Shown: positions 29,165-39,988, counted from the first letter of the stretch. The stretch: 64,000 nucleotides of DNA from Candidatus Bathyarchaeota archaeon (GCA_963826715.1 CAWGYA010000001.1:1-64000), one strand, 5' to 3'. The notes: generated by a model from the letters alone, not told the origin. Program-made: numbers and translations.

Positions 29165-30402
29165 TCGAGGAAATCTGCCAGAAAGCCAAAGCCGCAGCGT
29201 TCGATATGGGCCAGCTCTCAGCGGAGGTCAAAAACATGGCTCTTTGCAAAATGGCTGACGCTTTGGAGGCAAATGTAGAGAGAATTTTATCGGCGAATAA
29301 AATCGATGTGCAAGCCGCCAGAGCACGCGGACTCAAATTCACGTTGCTGGATCGCTTGGCGCTGGACCAAAAGAAAATCGCTAACATGGCAAGAGAGCTA
29401 CGTGAAGTCTCCGCTTTATCAGATCCTATCGGCGAGGTTTTGGCGACTTGGACGCGCCCCAACGGCTTAATTATTAGCCAAATCCGCGTTCCCATAGGTG
29501 TAGTGGGCGTAATTTACGAATCTCGTCCCAATGTGACTTCAGACTCTGCTGGAATCTGCATCAAATCAGGCAACGCTGTGATTCTCAGAGGCGGCTCAGA
29601 CGCGCTTAATTCAAACGTTGCCGTCGGCGAAGTCCTACGTGAAGCACTTTCTGCAACCAAAGTACCTGCGGATTCGATTCAAATCGTGAATTCGCCTGAC
29701 CGCAAAATCGCCGAGGAACTCATGGGCATGCGAAAATATATCGACGTGCTAGTTCCAAGAGGCGGCGCAGACCTCATAAACACTGTGGTTGAGAAGTCTC
29801 GGATTCCCGTTATCGAGACAGGCACAGGAAACTGCCACATATACGTCGAAGAAGAAGCTGACCTTGCAATAGCAACGGCTATTGTGATTAACGCCAAGGT
29901 GCAGCGCCCTGGAGTCTGCAATGCCGCCGAGAAACTTCTCGTGGACAAAAAAATTGCAGATCAATATTTACCTCTTGTCATCGCTGAATTACGCAGAAAC
30001 GGCGTAGAAGTCAGAGGCGACAGAGCAACGCAAGAAATTGTATCTGAAGTGAAGGCCGCCAACGAAAAAGACTGGTATACAGAATACCTCGACCTCATCA
30101 TTGGAGTTAAAGTGGTCGACAACCTTGAAGCCGCGATTTCGCACATCAACAAATATGGAACCCATCACTCAGAAAGCATTATAACCCGTGATTTTACAAA
30201 AGCCCAAAAGTTCCTAAATGAAATCGATTCTGCAGCAGTCTATTGGAATGCTTCAACACGTTTCACAGATGGCAACCAATTCGGCCTCGGAGCAGAAATC
30301 GGAATAAGCACACAAAAACTGCATGCACGTGGACCCATGAGCATCAAGAACCTAACCACCACAAAATATGTGATTGTAGGTCAGGGACAAATCCGCAAAT
30401 AA
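29161..30402 (+). CDS. proA: gamma-glutamyl phosphate reductase
   Basis: IYESRPNVT, GNCHIY, CNAAE, NASTRFTDG, GISTQKLHARGP. Confidence 0.97.
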   Translation: MIEEICQKAKAAAFDMGQLSAEVKNMALCKMADALEANVERILSANKIDVQAARARGLKFTLLDRLALDQKKIANMARELREVSALSDPIGEVLATWTRPNGLIISQIRVPIGVVGVIYESRPNVTSDSAGICIKSGNAVILRGGSDALNSNVAVGEVLREALSATKVPADSIQIVNSPDRKIAEELMGMRKYIDVLVPRGGADLINTVVEKSRIPVIETGTGNCHIYVEEEADLAIATAIVINAKVQRPGVCNAAEKLLVDKKIADQYLPLVIAELRRNGVEVRGDRATQEIVSEVKAANEKDWYTEYLDLIIGVKVVDNLEAAISHINKYGTHHSESIITRDFTKAQKFLNEIDSAAVYWNASTRFTDGNQFGLGAEIGISTQKLHARGPMSIKNLTTTKYVIVGQGQIRK

Positions 30403-30604
30403 CACTTCACTCTTTTTAGAATATTTTTTTTAAAAAAGCTCATTAATTCAAAAATTAGCAATAATATCCCATAGATCCCCTCTCAGCTTTAAAAAAATTA
30501 ATTTTTATAGAAGGTTATTTTCGAGCACCTTATAGTAAGGAAATAAATTATCTGCTAAGCAATTTGAGAAAAAAAATCGAAAAGTCCAAGAAACAGAGGG
30601 AAAA

Positions 30605-32113
30605 TTATGGGGTTATAAATGGCAGCTGGCTTAGCATTGGCTGAATTAATTGGAGCACTATATCAGGGAATAAGCCTAAGATGAAGATAGCTCCGACGAG
30701 TATGAAGACGGGGATGAGGATATACTTGTTTTCTTTGATGCCTTCTAAAACCTTGGAGGGCTTTCCATACATGATGTTCATGAGCCTGAATATGTAGGCT
30801 GTCTGCAACACACTGGTTAACACACCTATGACTGCAAGCCAGGTTAGGTTTACGCTGATGGCTGCGGTAAACACGAAGTATTTGGCGATGAAGCCGCCCA
30901 GTGGGGGCACACCAGCAAAGCTCAAGCCCGCCAAGATGAGGGCAAGGCTGGTCCAAGGCATCTTTTTGCCTACGCCTGCGAAGTCTTCGAGGGTGTGGAA
31001 GCCGTGACGGTTTAGGATACCTACTGCCATGAAGGCTGCTGCGGTGGTTAAGCCTCCGATGAGGAAGAAGTAAAGGTTTCCTGCTAAGCCGAGGCTGGTT
31101 GCGCTGGTGATGGCGACAAGATTGTAGCCGACGTCTGCGACGCAGATGTATGCGACGAGGCGTTTGATGTTGTTCTGTATGAGCGCGAAGAGGTTACCTA
31201 CTATCATGGTTAAGGCTGCCATGATGGCGAGCATAAGTGTCCAGTCGATGGGTCCTTGGCTGGGCGGAAGCACAATGAAAAGTAGGATACGGATGAGGAT
31301 ATAGTAGCTGCCTTGGTCAACAAGCGCCGAGAGGAAGGCTGCGGATGGTGCTGGTGCAGCTGTGTATGCGTCGGGGAGCCAGAAGTGGAAGGGCACGATG
31401 GCGGCTTCAATTGCGTAGCCAGCGGCGATGAAAACGAAAGCTATGAGGAGCAGGTTCATGTTACCGGGGGCTATTGCGCCGAGTGCGTCACGAAGGGCAA
31501 TGTAGTTGAGGGTACCAGTGATGCCATAAACAATGGATAAGCCCAGCAGCACAAACGCTGAGGCAATGATGACCATGATTAGGTACTTCATGGTAGCGTT
31601 TAAGCTGAATGCGTTTTTGCGGTACATCATCAGAAACGCTGCCGCTGCGGTTGCGGCTTCCCAGAAGATGAAGAAGGTTAACAGGTCGCCTGAGAGGACC
31701 GCGCCGACTAGGGCGGCAGTGAGTATGAGCATGATGGCAAAGTAGCGGTCTGAGGGGCGCTCGTTGGTGTCCATGAAAAATACGGTGTAGACCATCACAA
31801 CGGCGGCTATGGCGACTATGATAATTGCCATGTAGATAGATACGGCGTCGATTAGGAAGGAGGTGGTTATAGCGGGGTTAGCTGAACCATCCAAAGTTAG
31901 TTGAAGCGCCGAGGGGTTAGATACGCTGTAGTAGCTCAACACAAGGTTAACTACGGTTAGGCTTGCGACTGCAAAAACCGCCAAAACCCAACCCAAGGTG
32001 AGAGCTGTTTTGTGGCTGCTGCTTTTGCGAATTATCTTGAAGATTGGGATTGTTAGCAGGGCTGCGATTATCAGCGTGAATACGGGCAATATTACATCAA
32101 GAAGGGTAACCAT
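30605..32113 (-). CDS. antiporter-like subunit N (NuoN/FpoN-like)
   Basis: Many TMs, FWEAA, PFHFWLPDAY, GFIAKY. Confidence 0.88.
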   Translation of the reverse strand: MVTLLDVILPVFTLIIAALLTIPIFKIIRKSSSHKTALTLGWVLAVFAVASLTVVNLVLSYYSVSNPSALQLTLDGSANPAITTSFLIDAVSIYMAIIIVAIAAVVMVYTVFFMDTNERPSDRYFAIMLILTAALVGAVLSGDLLTFFIFWEAATAAAAFLMMYRKNAFSLNATMKYLIMVIIASAFVLLGLSIVYGITGTLNYIALRDALGAIAPGNMNLLLIAFVFIAAGYAIEAAIVPFHFWLPDAYTAAPAPSAAFLSALVDQGSYYILIRILLFIVLPPSQGPIDWTLMLAIMAALTMIVGNLFALIQNNIKRLVAYICVADVGYNLVAITSATSLGLAGNLYFFLIGGLTTAAAFMAVGILNRHGFHTLEDFAGVGKKMPWTSLALILAGLSFAGVPPLGGFIAKYFVFTAAISVNLTWLAVIGVLTSVLQTAYIFRLMNIMYGKPSKVLEGIKENKYILIPVFILVGAIFILGLFPDIVLQLIQPMLSQLPFITP

Positions 32114-32114
32114 G

Positions 32115-33746
32115 TTAAACAACCGCCCCAAATGTTACTGTTTGAATTAGTTGCATAAAGAAAGTCGGGTAAATGCCGATCAGCACAACGAGCACCACCA
32201 AGATTGCAAGAGCCGCCTTCATGTAGTTAGGCACATCTACGATTTTGTGACCGCTGTGCCCTTGAGTTTTGACTTCATCAGAGCTGAAGGTGCCATGTGG
32301 GTTATGCGAAACCTCCACCAGGCCCATTTCCTCTTTGGACTGCCCCAAGAACACTTTGGAGATGAATCTTAGTGAATACGCCAAAGAGAACACAGTGGCG
32401 ACCAGCATGAGTATAGTGGGCCAAATGTAGAAACTGTCAAGCTGTATGATTTGGAAGGCACCCACGAAGATGAGGAATTCGCTAATGAAGCATGCCAACG
32501 GCGGAGCACCAGCAATGCTTAGCGCGGCGATTGTGCCTGAAACGGCTGAGAAGGGCATCTTGCCGGCTAAGCCGCCCATCTTGCGGATATCGCGTTCTTC
32601 GCTTTGATGCATGACGCCTCCTGCGGTAAGGAAGAAGAGACCTTTGCTTGCTGCATGAGTGACTATGTGAAGCACGGTTCCCACTATTGCTATGGCTGTA
32701 CCAGCGGCTAAGGGTACGGGGTTTCCGCTTGCTAAACCAATTGGGAACAATGAAAGACCGAACATGATGTAGCCCATATGCGCGATGCTGGAGTAGGCTA
32801 TGACGCGTTTAATGTCGTTAGCTACCAATGAAAGGAGAGAACCAAAGAAAGCTGTCACTATACCAAAGATGGTGAGCACATGAAGGAAGTCTGTTCCGAA
32901 GGCGACGCCGACGGCTGGAAAAACCATGCCGAAGGATAAGCGCAAAATAGCATAAGCTCCTGCGCTGATGATAACACCACTGAGTAACGCTGACATAGGG
33001 GCGGGTGCTTCAGAGTGAGCGTCGGGAAGCCACATATGCACTGGAAACACAGCCATTTTAACCGCGAAGCCCCCGGTTAGTGCGACTATAATCCATTTGG
33101 CAATGCCTGAATTCGCTGCCGTTGCCAAGAGACCCTGTGCAGTAAACATGTCAGTTGAGCCAGTTATGTAGTAAGTTGCACCGATACCTAGTAACACGAA
33201 GACAGCGCCTGCGTGGGTAAATATGAAGAGTTTAAGCGCAGATTTGTAGGAGTTTCTGTAACCCCACTCACCGACTATGAAATAGGCGGGAACAAGCATG
33301 AGCTCCCAGCAGAAGTAGAACAGAATCATGTTGCTGGTTAGGAACACACCGATTAAGCCCACGGACAGCATACAGAGTAGGGCGTAGTAGACTGGGAGGT
33401 TCTTTTTGCCTGCCATGTAGTTGATTGAGAATATGGAGGCAACAAAGATGAGTACCAAGCTGATGAGGGCTACGGAAACGCTGATGCCGTCCACGAACAG
33501 GGTAAACTGGGCAAATGCGGTGTCACCAGTAAGTGCTGTGGATATCCAACTGTAGGATTCGAAGTATTGGTGGCTTGCGCTGTTTAGCACCGACGGAATC
33601 GTACTGGCAACCAACGCGATGTTGACTAGCGCGATAATGGCGACAAAGGCGGCGGCTGCTTTAATGGATTTCTTTCCAGCGAGATAAACGAAGGGTATGC
33701 TTAGAGCAGGTATTAGGAATACTAACAGTAGTGCGGGAAACATCAT
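32115..33746 (-). CDS. antiporter-like subunit M (NuoM/FpoM-like)
   Basis: WELMLVP, VKMAVFPVHMWLPDAHSEAP, AYSSIAHMG. Confidence 0.92.
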   Translation of the reverse strand: MMFPALLLVFLIPALSIPFVYLAGKKSIKAAAAFVAIIALVNIALVASTIPSVLNSASHQYFESYSWISTALTGDTAFAQFTLFVDGISVSVALISLVLIFVASIFSINYMAGKKNLPVYYALLCMLSVGLIGVFLTSNMILFYFCWELMLVPAYFIVGEWGYRNSYKSALKLFIFTHAGAVFVLLGIGATYYITGSTDMFTAQGLLATAANSGIAKWIIVALTGGFAVKMAVFPVHMWLPDAHSEAPAPMSALLSGVIISAGAYAILRLSFGMVFPAVGVAFGTDFLHVLTIFGIVTAFFGSLLSLVANDIKRVIAYSSIAHMGYIMFGLSLFPIGLASGNPVPLAAGTAIAIVGTVLHIVTHAASKGLFFLTAGGVMHQSEERDIRKMGGLAGKMPFSAVSGTIAALSIAGAPPLACFISEFLIFVGAFQIIQLDSFYIWPTILMLVATVFSLAYSLRFISKVFLGQSKEEMGLVEVSHNPHGTFSSDEVKTQGHSGHKIVDVPNYMKAALAILVVLVVLIGIYPTFFMQLIQTVTFGAVV

Positions 33747-33747
33747 T

Positions 33748-35694
33748 TTAGAGTCCTCCTAAAGCTAAGATTACAAGTATAGCTATCAGTATGAAGCCCA
33801 CCACGGCAGCGGCAATATAATTCCTAAACGAGTCTGATGGACCCTTCTTTAGACCTAATGCTTTGTCGGGGTCTGCCGCGTGGCTAATGTCTGAGCCTGC
33901 CTGATCGGGGATACGGCTGAACAGCGAGTTTTCTACGCGGGTCAATGCATTGGAGATGCCGGTTATGCCGCGTGCGATGGCATTGTAGAAGTCATCGAGG
34001 AAGTAGGCGTGGTTTAGCAATACAGTTAAGGGGTTTTTGCCTGCGGCGACGTTGCGGAGGCCGTTGAAGTTCTTGTAGTAGCTCCAGTAAGCTAAGAGGA
34101 AAACGGGCACTAGCAAAGTGAGGAATATGGGTGTTTCAAGGCTGGTAAACGCACCCAGCAAAGTTTCCTCGAGTTCTATATGCATGAAGCTGGCGACCAG
34201 AGGCTGAGAGATCCCCCAAACGATGCATAGGCCCGCTAGTATGGCTGCGGGGATAAGCATGACTTTGGGAGCTTCGTGAATGTGTGTTTTTTGGATGTGC
34301 TCGGATTCTTTGCCCATAAAGACCAGGCTGAACATGCGGACACAGTAAGCAAAGGTGATGGCAGTTGCGGCGAATATAAGCACGGTTTGGATGATGTCAC
34401 CTGCGCTGAGTACGCTATTGAGGATTAAGCCTTTGCTAAAGAAGGCTGCAAACGGAGGCAAACCACTGGTAGTGATTATCATAATCGCCATCAAAGCAAA
34501 GGATATAGGCATGACTTTTCGCAGTCCACCCATCAAACGCATATCGCGCGTGCCCAATGCGTGGATGATGCCACCTGCTAAGAGGAAGCCCAAACCCTCG
34601 AAGAAGGCGTGGCTGACCATGTGGAATATACTTGCAAACCACCCTACAGACATGGCCACTTCGGCGCCAACGATGTGGGGTATACCAGTACCTAAAGCAG
34701 CCATCATAAAGCCAATCTGACTGACAGTGGAGTAGGCAAGGACACCTTTGATGTCTGTAGTCATCAGGCCTAATGAAGCGCCGATAAATGCGGTTACAAT
34801 CCCGACCCAAGCGATTGTGGGGAACCAGTAATACTGAGTATTAAGTGCTGTGATCAACGCGGGAGCCGCTGCAAAAATTAGAATAAAACGTGAAAGCAGA
34901 TAGATACCTGCCTTGACCATGGTGGCAGCGTGAAGTAAAGCGCTGACTGATGTTGGAGCTTCCATGGCGCTATAAAGCCATGTAAAGAGCGGGAACTGAG
35001 CGGACTTGGAGATTGCGGCACCCAAAATCAGGAAAGCAACAATGCTCAAGAGCCCCAGATTAAGTGTTCCTGCACCTGCGGCTTCCTCTAAACCCGCGAT
35101 GGTGCCGTGGAAACTAAATGTGCCAAACATCATGAATAAAATTCCGATGGCGGCAAGCATACAGATGTCGCCGATGCGTGTCATAAGGAAAACTTTAACA
35201 CCTGCGCGGATAGATTCCGGTTTTTTATACCAGAATGAAATTAGAGCATAACTGCATAAACCCACCATCTCCCAAAAGATAAACATCTGCAACATGTTAT
35301 CAGAGATAACAAGACCAATCATAGAACCGATGAATAACAAAAGCAGATAGTAGTATCGAGTTAGACCTTCCTCGCCTTTCATATATCCTTGAGAATAAAT
35401 CGCGATAATAAGCGCGAAGAATGCAACAAGACATGTAAATATTATACTGAGGGAGTCGACGTAAACTCCTGCATCTATACCAGGAATCCAAGAGATAGTA
35501 TAGCTTACTGCTACTCCACTACTCGACCAAACACCTGGCACTAAAGTTAACGCTAAAACTGCTACTACTCCAGCTATTGCCAAAACGAAGTAGTTACGAG
35601 CTTTATCACTGTATTTTGCTATTACGGGAACGAATAAACTTGCTATGAGAGGGATAACCCAGACAAACCATGCAGAGAATTGCTCAAGCATCAT
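33748..35694 (-). CDS. antiporter-like subunit L (NuoL/FpoL-like)
   Basis: FWEMVG, KSAQFPL, AMEAPTSVSALLHAATMVKAG. Confidence 0.93.
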   Translation of the reverse strand: MMLEQFSAWFVWVIPLIASLFVPVIAKYSDKARNYFVLAIAGVVAVLALTLVPGVWSSSGVAVSYTISWIPGIDAGVYVDSLSIIFTCLVAFFALIIAIYSQGYMKGEEGLTRYYYLLLLFIGSMIGLVISDNMLQMFIFWEMVGLCSYALISFWYKKPESIRAGVKVFLMTRIGDICMLAAIGILFMMFGTFSFHGTIAGLEEAAGAGTLNLGLLSIVAFLILGAAISKSAQFPLFTWLYSAMEAPTSVSALLHAATMVKAGIYLLSRFILIFAAAPALITALNTQYYWFPTIAWVGIVTAFIGASLGLMTTDIKGVLAYSTVSQIGFMMAALGTGIPHIVGAEVAMSVGWFASIFHMVSHAFFEGLGFLLAGGIIHALGTRDMRLMGGLRKVMPISFALMAIMIITTSGLPPFAAFFSKGLILNSVLSAGDIIQTVLIFAATAITFAYCVRMFSLVFMGKESEHIQKTHIHEAPKVMLIPAAILAGLCIVWGISQPLVASFMHIELEETLLGAFTSLETPIFLTLLVPVFLLAYWSYYKNFNGLRNVAAGKNPLTVLLNHAYFLDDFYNAIARGITGISNALTRVENSLFSRIPDQAGSDISHAADPDKALGLKKGPSDSFRNYIAAAVVGFILIAILVILALGGL

Positions 35695-36011
35695 TGTGAT
35701 TCAACCTCATTTTCGCCTTTTTCCTGCATCCGCGTCATTATTTTGCCAAGATCGCTTGTACCGTAGCGTTTAGAAACAATAACAAGCAACGCCAAGATAA
35801 CTCCGCTAATAGCCGTGTCAGTAGCGAACGCTAAAATCAAGAAAGCTTCACCTAGACCTAAGCCAATTGAGGGAGCCAGCATCACAAAGTTAAGCGTAGC
35901 AGCCGTGGCAATAAGCTCAACCGATATGAATACTTTAAGCAGCTGACGGTTAGTTAATAGACCATAGATTCCGATTGCCAGCATTACTACTGATAAAATG
36001 ACAAAGTCCAT
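35691..36011 (-). CDS. subunit K (NuoK-like)
   Basis: GIYGLL...ISVELI, 3 TMs; operon position. Confidence 0.85.
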   Translation of the reverse strand: MDFVILSVVMLAIGIYGLLTNRQLLKVFISVELIATAATLNFVMLAPSIGLGLGEAFLILAFATDTAISGVILALLVIVSKRYGTSDLGKIMTRMQEKGENEVESQ

Positions 36012-36472
36012 TAGTTAGCCCCCTTTTTTTTCTCGTATAAGACAATAGCTATTCCTAAAGCCACCGTTAAAATGACTATTCCTTGCAAAAGTACATCTAC
36101 ACCACGTAAGTTCCAGAGGGCATCTCCAAAAGTCACGTCAACACCAATAGAAGGTGAACCTGAAACCGAGAGAAATATAGCAGGCAACGAAAAAAGTATA
36201 CCTGCACCAAATAAGCCGGCGACGCGAGTTGGTGAAGCTTTTTTAGTTAGTTTTTCACCCAGCATTTCGCCTGATAGAAACAGGACAGCTAAAGTGCCCA
36301 CGCCCACAACGAACTGGAAAATCGCCGCGTAGATAGCGCCGTTTAACATGTAAATTAAAGCTGTAAATAGAAAAGTTCCGGCAAGCGCTGCAACTGAGTA
36401 AACCACTTCATCTAGGAACAACGCGAGGACTGCGGAAACTATTAGACCTATGGCAAGGATTTCAAAAATCAT
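36011..36472 (-). CDS. subunit J (NuoJ-like)
   Basis: About 5 TMs; operon position. Confidence 0.8.
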   Translation of the reverse strand: MIFEILAIGLIVSAVLALFLDEVVYSVAALAGTFLFTALIYMLNGAIYAAIFQFVVGVGTLAVLFLSGEMLGEKLTKKASPTRVAGLFGAGILFSLPAIFLSVSGSPSIGVDVTFGDALWNLRGVDVLLQGIVILTVALGIAIVLYEKKKGAN

Positions 36473-36915
36473 TGTGATCCGTCCTTCTTATGTTTAAATT
36501 CTGGCTTCATAACAAGAGAACCCTTGTCAGTTGTAGCTAACTCATAGAGGTCAGACTGCTTGATTGCTGCTCGTGGACAAGTTTCAATGCATTGATAACA
36601 GAAGACACATTTATTGAGATCAATTTGGGGACGTTTCTTACCTTCAACTTCAACGATTTGGATGGCATTAGCAGGGCAATCGCGCTCGCATACCCGGCAG
36701 TTGGAACCTGTAACGGATTTGACATCCAAGACAAAGTTTGGACCGCCTGCAAAGTCAACGCAGTTACAAGAGGTGATTTCGTAGACTAATTTGCCCCGAC
36801 AATCTTCTGGGAGAGAGGGTTTAACAAACGGATACTTCGTAGTGGCGGGTTTAGTGAAGAGATGCGATATTGCACGTTTAAATATTGGGGATATGCGTGA
36901 CTTCTTTTTAGCCAT
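36469..36915 (-). CDS. 2x[4Fe-4S] subunit I (NuoI-like)
   Basis: PATTKYPF, CRVCERDCP, CVFCYQCIETCP. Confidence 0.9.
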   Translation of the reverse strand: MAKKKSRISPIFKRAISHLFTKPATTKYPFVKPSLPEDCRGKLVYEITSCNCVDFAGGPNFVLDVKSVTGSNCRVCERDCPANAIQIVEVEGKKRPQIDLNKCVFCYQCIETCPRAAIKQSDLYELATTDKGSLVMKPEFKHKKDGSQ

Positions 36916-36919
36916 CTTG

Positions 36920-37927
36920 TTACACTCCGATTCCGAATGGATGATAGACCCATGTTACCAATGCGATAGTCACCATAAGCGAGATTAGTGCAGCAGGTAA
37001 GAGTATCTTCCAATTGCCCGAAAGAACTTGGTCGATACGAAGGCGGGCAACAACTGTTGTGATATACTCGCTAATGATTACAACCACCAGTAGCTTAAGC
37101 ACAAACCATAAAGTAAAGAAGAACCAGTCTAATCCAAAGAAAACTGGACCATTGGGACCGCCTAAGAACAGCTCAACAACCAGGGCTGAACCAAAAACAA
37201 CTTGGACGTCGCGTGTTAAATGAAGAAAAGCCAGTTTGGCGCCTGTGTATTCTGTTTCTAAACCGCCAACCAACTCGGATTCTGAGTGAGGCACGTCGAA
37301 GGGGTCTTTTTCCAGCTCTGCTTGCAGGGTGATTATGAAGAGCACAAACGCCCATGGAGCTAGTAAAATGAAAGGCAAGGGGGCGTTTGCTATTTGGGAT
37401 ATTGTTATGCTTCCTGCTATGAAAGCGGGAGATAAGGCAAGCAGGAATAAAGGAATATCGTAACCGAGGAATTGGGTTAAAACGCGGGCTGAGCCAATTG
37501 TACCGTATGGGTTAGAGGATGCCCATCCTGCAAGAAACAATAGGAAGTTTGCTATGGTCGAAAATGCCAAAATAATGATTAAATCGCCAGTGAAGCCACC
37601 TGATGAGAGCACACTTGCACCATCTATAGGTAAAAAACACATCGCAAACATCATAATACTGAATGCCGTTAAAGGCGCAAATCGAAAGACGAGTTTTTTG
37701 GTATCTCGAGGTTCGATGTCTTCTTTAGTTAAAAGTTTAATAAAATCAGCCAGGGGTTGAAGGATTCCGGCAGGTCCAGCAACCATCGGTCCAACTCGGT
37801 TCTGAATACGGGCTTCAAATTTGCGTTCTAACCAATCACAGAACAAAGTTAGAAATAGAATAAAGGTGAAGCCTGGAAAAACAAGTATACGAAAGATTAG
37901 CAGGAAATAGTCAATCATGAATATCAC
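36920..37927 (-). CDS. subunit H (NuoH-like)
   Basis: ERKFEARIQNRVGP, QPLADFIKLLTKE, PFDVP, ETEYTG. Confidence 0.93.
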   Translation of the reverse strand: MIFMIDYFLLIFRILVFPGFTFILFLTLFCDWLERKFEARIQNRVGPMVAGPAGILQPLADFIKLLTKEDIEPRDTKKLVFRFAPLTAFSIMMFAMCFLPIDGASVLSSGGFTGDLIIILAFSTIANFLLFLAGWASSNPYGTIGSARVLTQFLGYDIPLFLLALSPAFIAGSITISQIANAPLPFILLAPWAFVLFIITLQAELEKDPFDVPHSESELVGGLETEYTGAKLAFLHLTRDVQVVFGSALVVELFLGGPNGPVFFGLDWFFFTLWFVLKLLVVVIISEYITTVVARLRIDQVLSGNWKILLPAALISLMVTIALVTWVYHPFGIGV

Positions 37928-39498
37928 CTATCTGTGCATGAGAAACAAGGGTCTAAGCTGACAAAGTTGGAGGGCACATCAGCAATGCTCTCACCTATAG
38001 CTGTCTTAAGGAATGAAGGTATGTTAGCAAACGTCGGTGTACGGATTTTAACTCGGTAAGGCATATCAGTTCCGTTGCTTCGGACGTAATAGAAAAGTTC
38101 ACCCCTGGGCGCCTCAGAGGAGCATACAGCTTCACCTTCAGGCACACTTCTTGGAAGATCAACTCTTATCGGTCCCGCTGGAAGATGGTCCACAACATAT
38201 TCAATGATATCAATGCTTTCTTCCACTTCGTCAAGGCGAACGTTCATTCTCGCCCAAACGTCACCATCAGTGTATACAATTTGCTTGAATGGAATTTCTT
38301 TATAGGCAGAGTATGGTATAGTTTTGCGAATGTCCATATCCACGCCGGACCCTCTTGCCACTGGACCGACAACCGAGAGCTTGAGGGCATCTTCGCGACT
38401 TAAAGTCCCAACATCTTTCATGCGAAGTCGAAGCGTTGGTTCATCCAAGTACATTTTGCGATAGAAGGGCAGTTTACCTCGCAAATCTTCAAGCACAGTT
38501 TTGATTTTGGGAACATGCTCAGGGTTTAAGTCTCGTCTGACACCGCCTATTGTAATTAATGACCCATATACGCGGTTACCACTTGTCAATTCTATTAGGT
38601 CCATTATGGGTTCCCGATCTCTCCAAAAATACTGAAAGAGGGTTTCATACCCGATTTCTAAGCCTGCATGTCCTAAAGTTAAGAGATGGCTGTGTAAACG
38701 GTTAAGTTCTAAAGCGATAACCCTCAGATACTCCCCTCGTTCAGGAACAGATGCTTTATGTATTTTCTCAACCGCGCCAACGAAGGTATATGCATGAATT
38801 GCGTTGCAAATCCCACAGACACGCTCCACCAAATATGTATCTTGCAGATAAGTGCGTGATTCAGTAGTTTTTTCGATACCCCGATGAACATAGCCTATGC
38901 GGGGTTCAACCTTTGTAACTGTTTCACCGTCAACAGTAACTGAAAACTTTTCCGGCTCTAGCAATGCAGGATGCTGAGGACCTATGATGATTTTTACTTC
39001 TCTGCCTTCAGCTGCTGTATTGGCTTCTCTTTCGGGTGTTGGAACAAGTTTCACTTTTGTTGGGTCAACGTCTTTACGTAAGGGATAAACTCCGTCAGGC
39101 CAGTTCTCGGAAAGTACAAAATGACCGTTGAATTCATTTCCTTCGAATACGACGCCTAAAAGGTCAGTTACTTCAAGCTCATGGAATGCTGCACCGGGGT
39201 GGATGTCAACAACAGTTTTAATTTTCGGATTCTCTTTAGGCACTTCTGCCTTGATAGTGAGGAAGGGATCTGATGTATGCACATGATAGTAAACACCTAT
39301 AGTTGCACCCAGATCTATGCCTGTTATGGCTGTTATGCCTGTCTTCTCATCCGCGTCTATCATAGCTTTTAAGACATCATAATGTAAACCGTTATTGGCA
39401 GTAATTACAGCCGCCTCTAGATTGCCTCGTTGAACTTTGATTTTTTCGCCGAATTTTGATTCAACTAAACTAATGACATCAACTTTACTATCGGACAT
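37924..39498 (-). CDS. group 4 [NiFe] hydrogenase large subunit, NuoC-D-like fusion
   Basis: NuoC-like N-terminal part (WPDGVYPLRKD), GPQHP, L1 ERVCGIC, L2 DPCFSCTDR. Confidence 0.93.
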   Translation of the reverse strand: MSDSKVDVISLVESKFGEKIKVQRGNLEAAVITANNGLHYDVLKAMIDADEKTGITAITGIDLGATIGVYYHVHTSDPFLTIKAEVPKENPKIKTVVDIHPGAAFHELEVTDLLGVVFEGNEFNGHFVLSENWPDGVYPLRKDVDPTKVKLVPTPEREANTAAEGREVKIIIGPQHPALLEPEKFSVTVDGETVTKVEPRIGYVHRGIEKTTESRTYLQDTYLVERVCGICNAIHAYTFVGAVEKIHKASVPERGEYLRVIALELNRLHSHLLTLGHAGLEIGYETLFQYFWRDREPIMDLIELTSGNRVYGSLITIGGVRRDLNPEHVPKIKTVLEDLRGKLPFYRKMYLDEPTLRLRMKDVGTLSREDALKLSVVGPVARGSGVDMDIRKTIPYSAYKEIPFKQIVYTDGDVWARMNVRLDEVEESIDIIEYVVDHLPAGPIRVDLPRSVPEGEAVCSSEAPRGELFYYVRSNGTDMPYRVKIRTPTFANIPSFLKTAIGESIADVPSNFVSLDPCFSCTDR

Positions 39499-39499
39499 C

Positions 39500-39988
39500 T
39501 TATTTTACCTCTTGACCAACTGGGACCTCTACTGGAGAAGCCTCAACCTTGGTTTTTTTCTGTTTTGGTGGATTAATCGCGTTTAGAAGCTTCACAACTC
39601 CATCGATTATTGCTTCAGGTCGCGGTGGACAACCGGGTATATACGCGGAAACTGGAAGAATCTTGTCTACTCCGCCAACTACATTGTAGTTACCTTCAAA
39701 AACGCCGCCGCTACAGGCGCATGCTCCAATCGCTACAACGAATTTAGGTTGAGGCATCTGATCGTAAACTCGCTTTAATCGTTCAGCACATTGCTGAGTT
39801 ACACAGCCCGTCACTAGAAGCACGTCAGCATGGCGAGGGGATGGCTCAAGTTTTATGCCGAATCGCTCAACATCATATTTTGGCGTAAGCAACGCAACAA
39901 TTTCAATGTCGCAACCATTGCAAGCACCCGAGTTAAAATGCAGAACCCATGGAGATTTTACGCGAGCCCATGTTTTTGTATCTGTCAT
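39500..39988 (-). CDS. hydrogenase small subunit (NuoB-like)
   Basis: ACNGCDIE, SPRHAD, GACACSGG, PGCPPRP; ATG overlaps the upstream stop (TAATG). Confidence 0.93.
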   Translation of the reverse strand: MTDTKTWARVKSPWVLHFNSGACNGCDIEIVALLTPKYDVERFGIKLEPSPRHADVLLVTGCVTQQCAERLKRVYDQMPQPKFVVAIGACACSGGVFEGNYNVVGGVDKILPVSAYIPGCPPRPEAIIDGVVKLLNAINPPKQKKTKVEASPVEVPVGQEVK

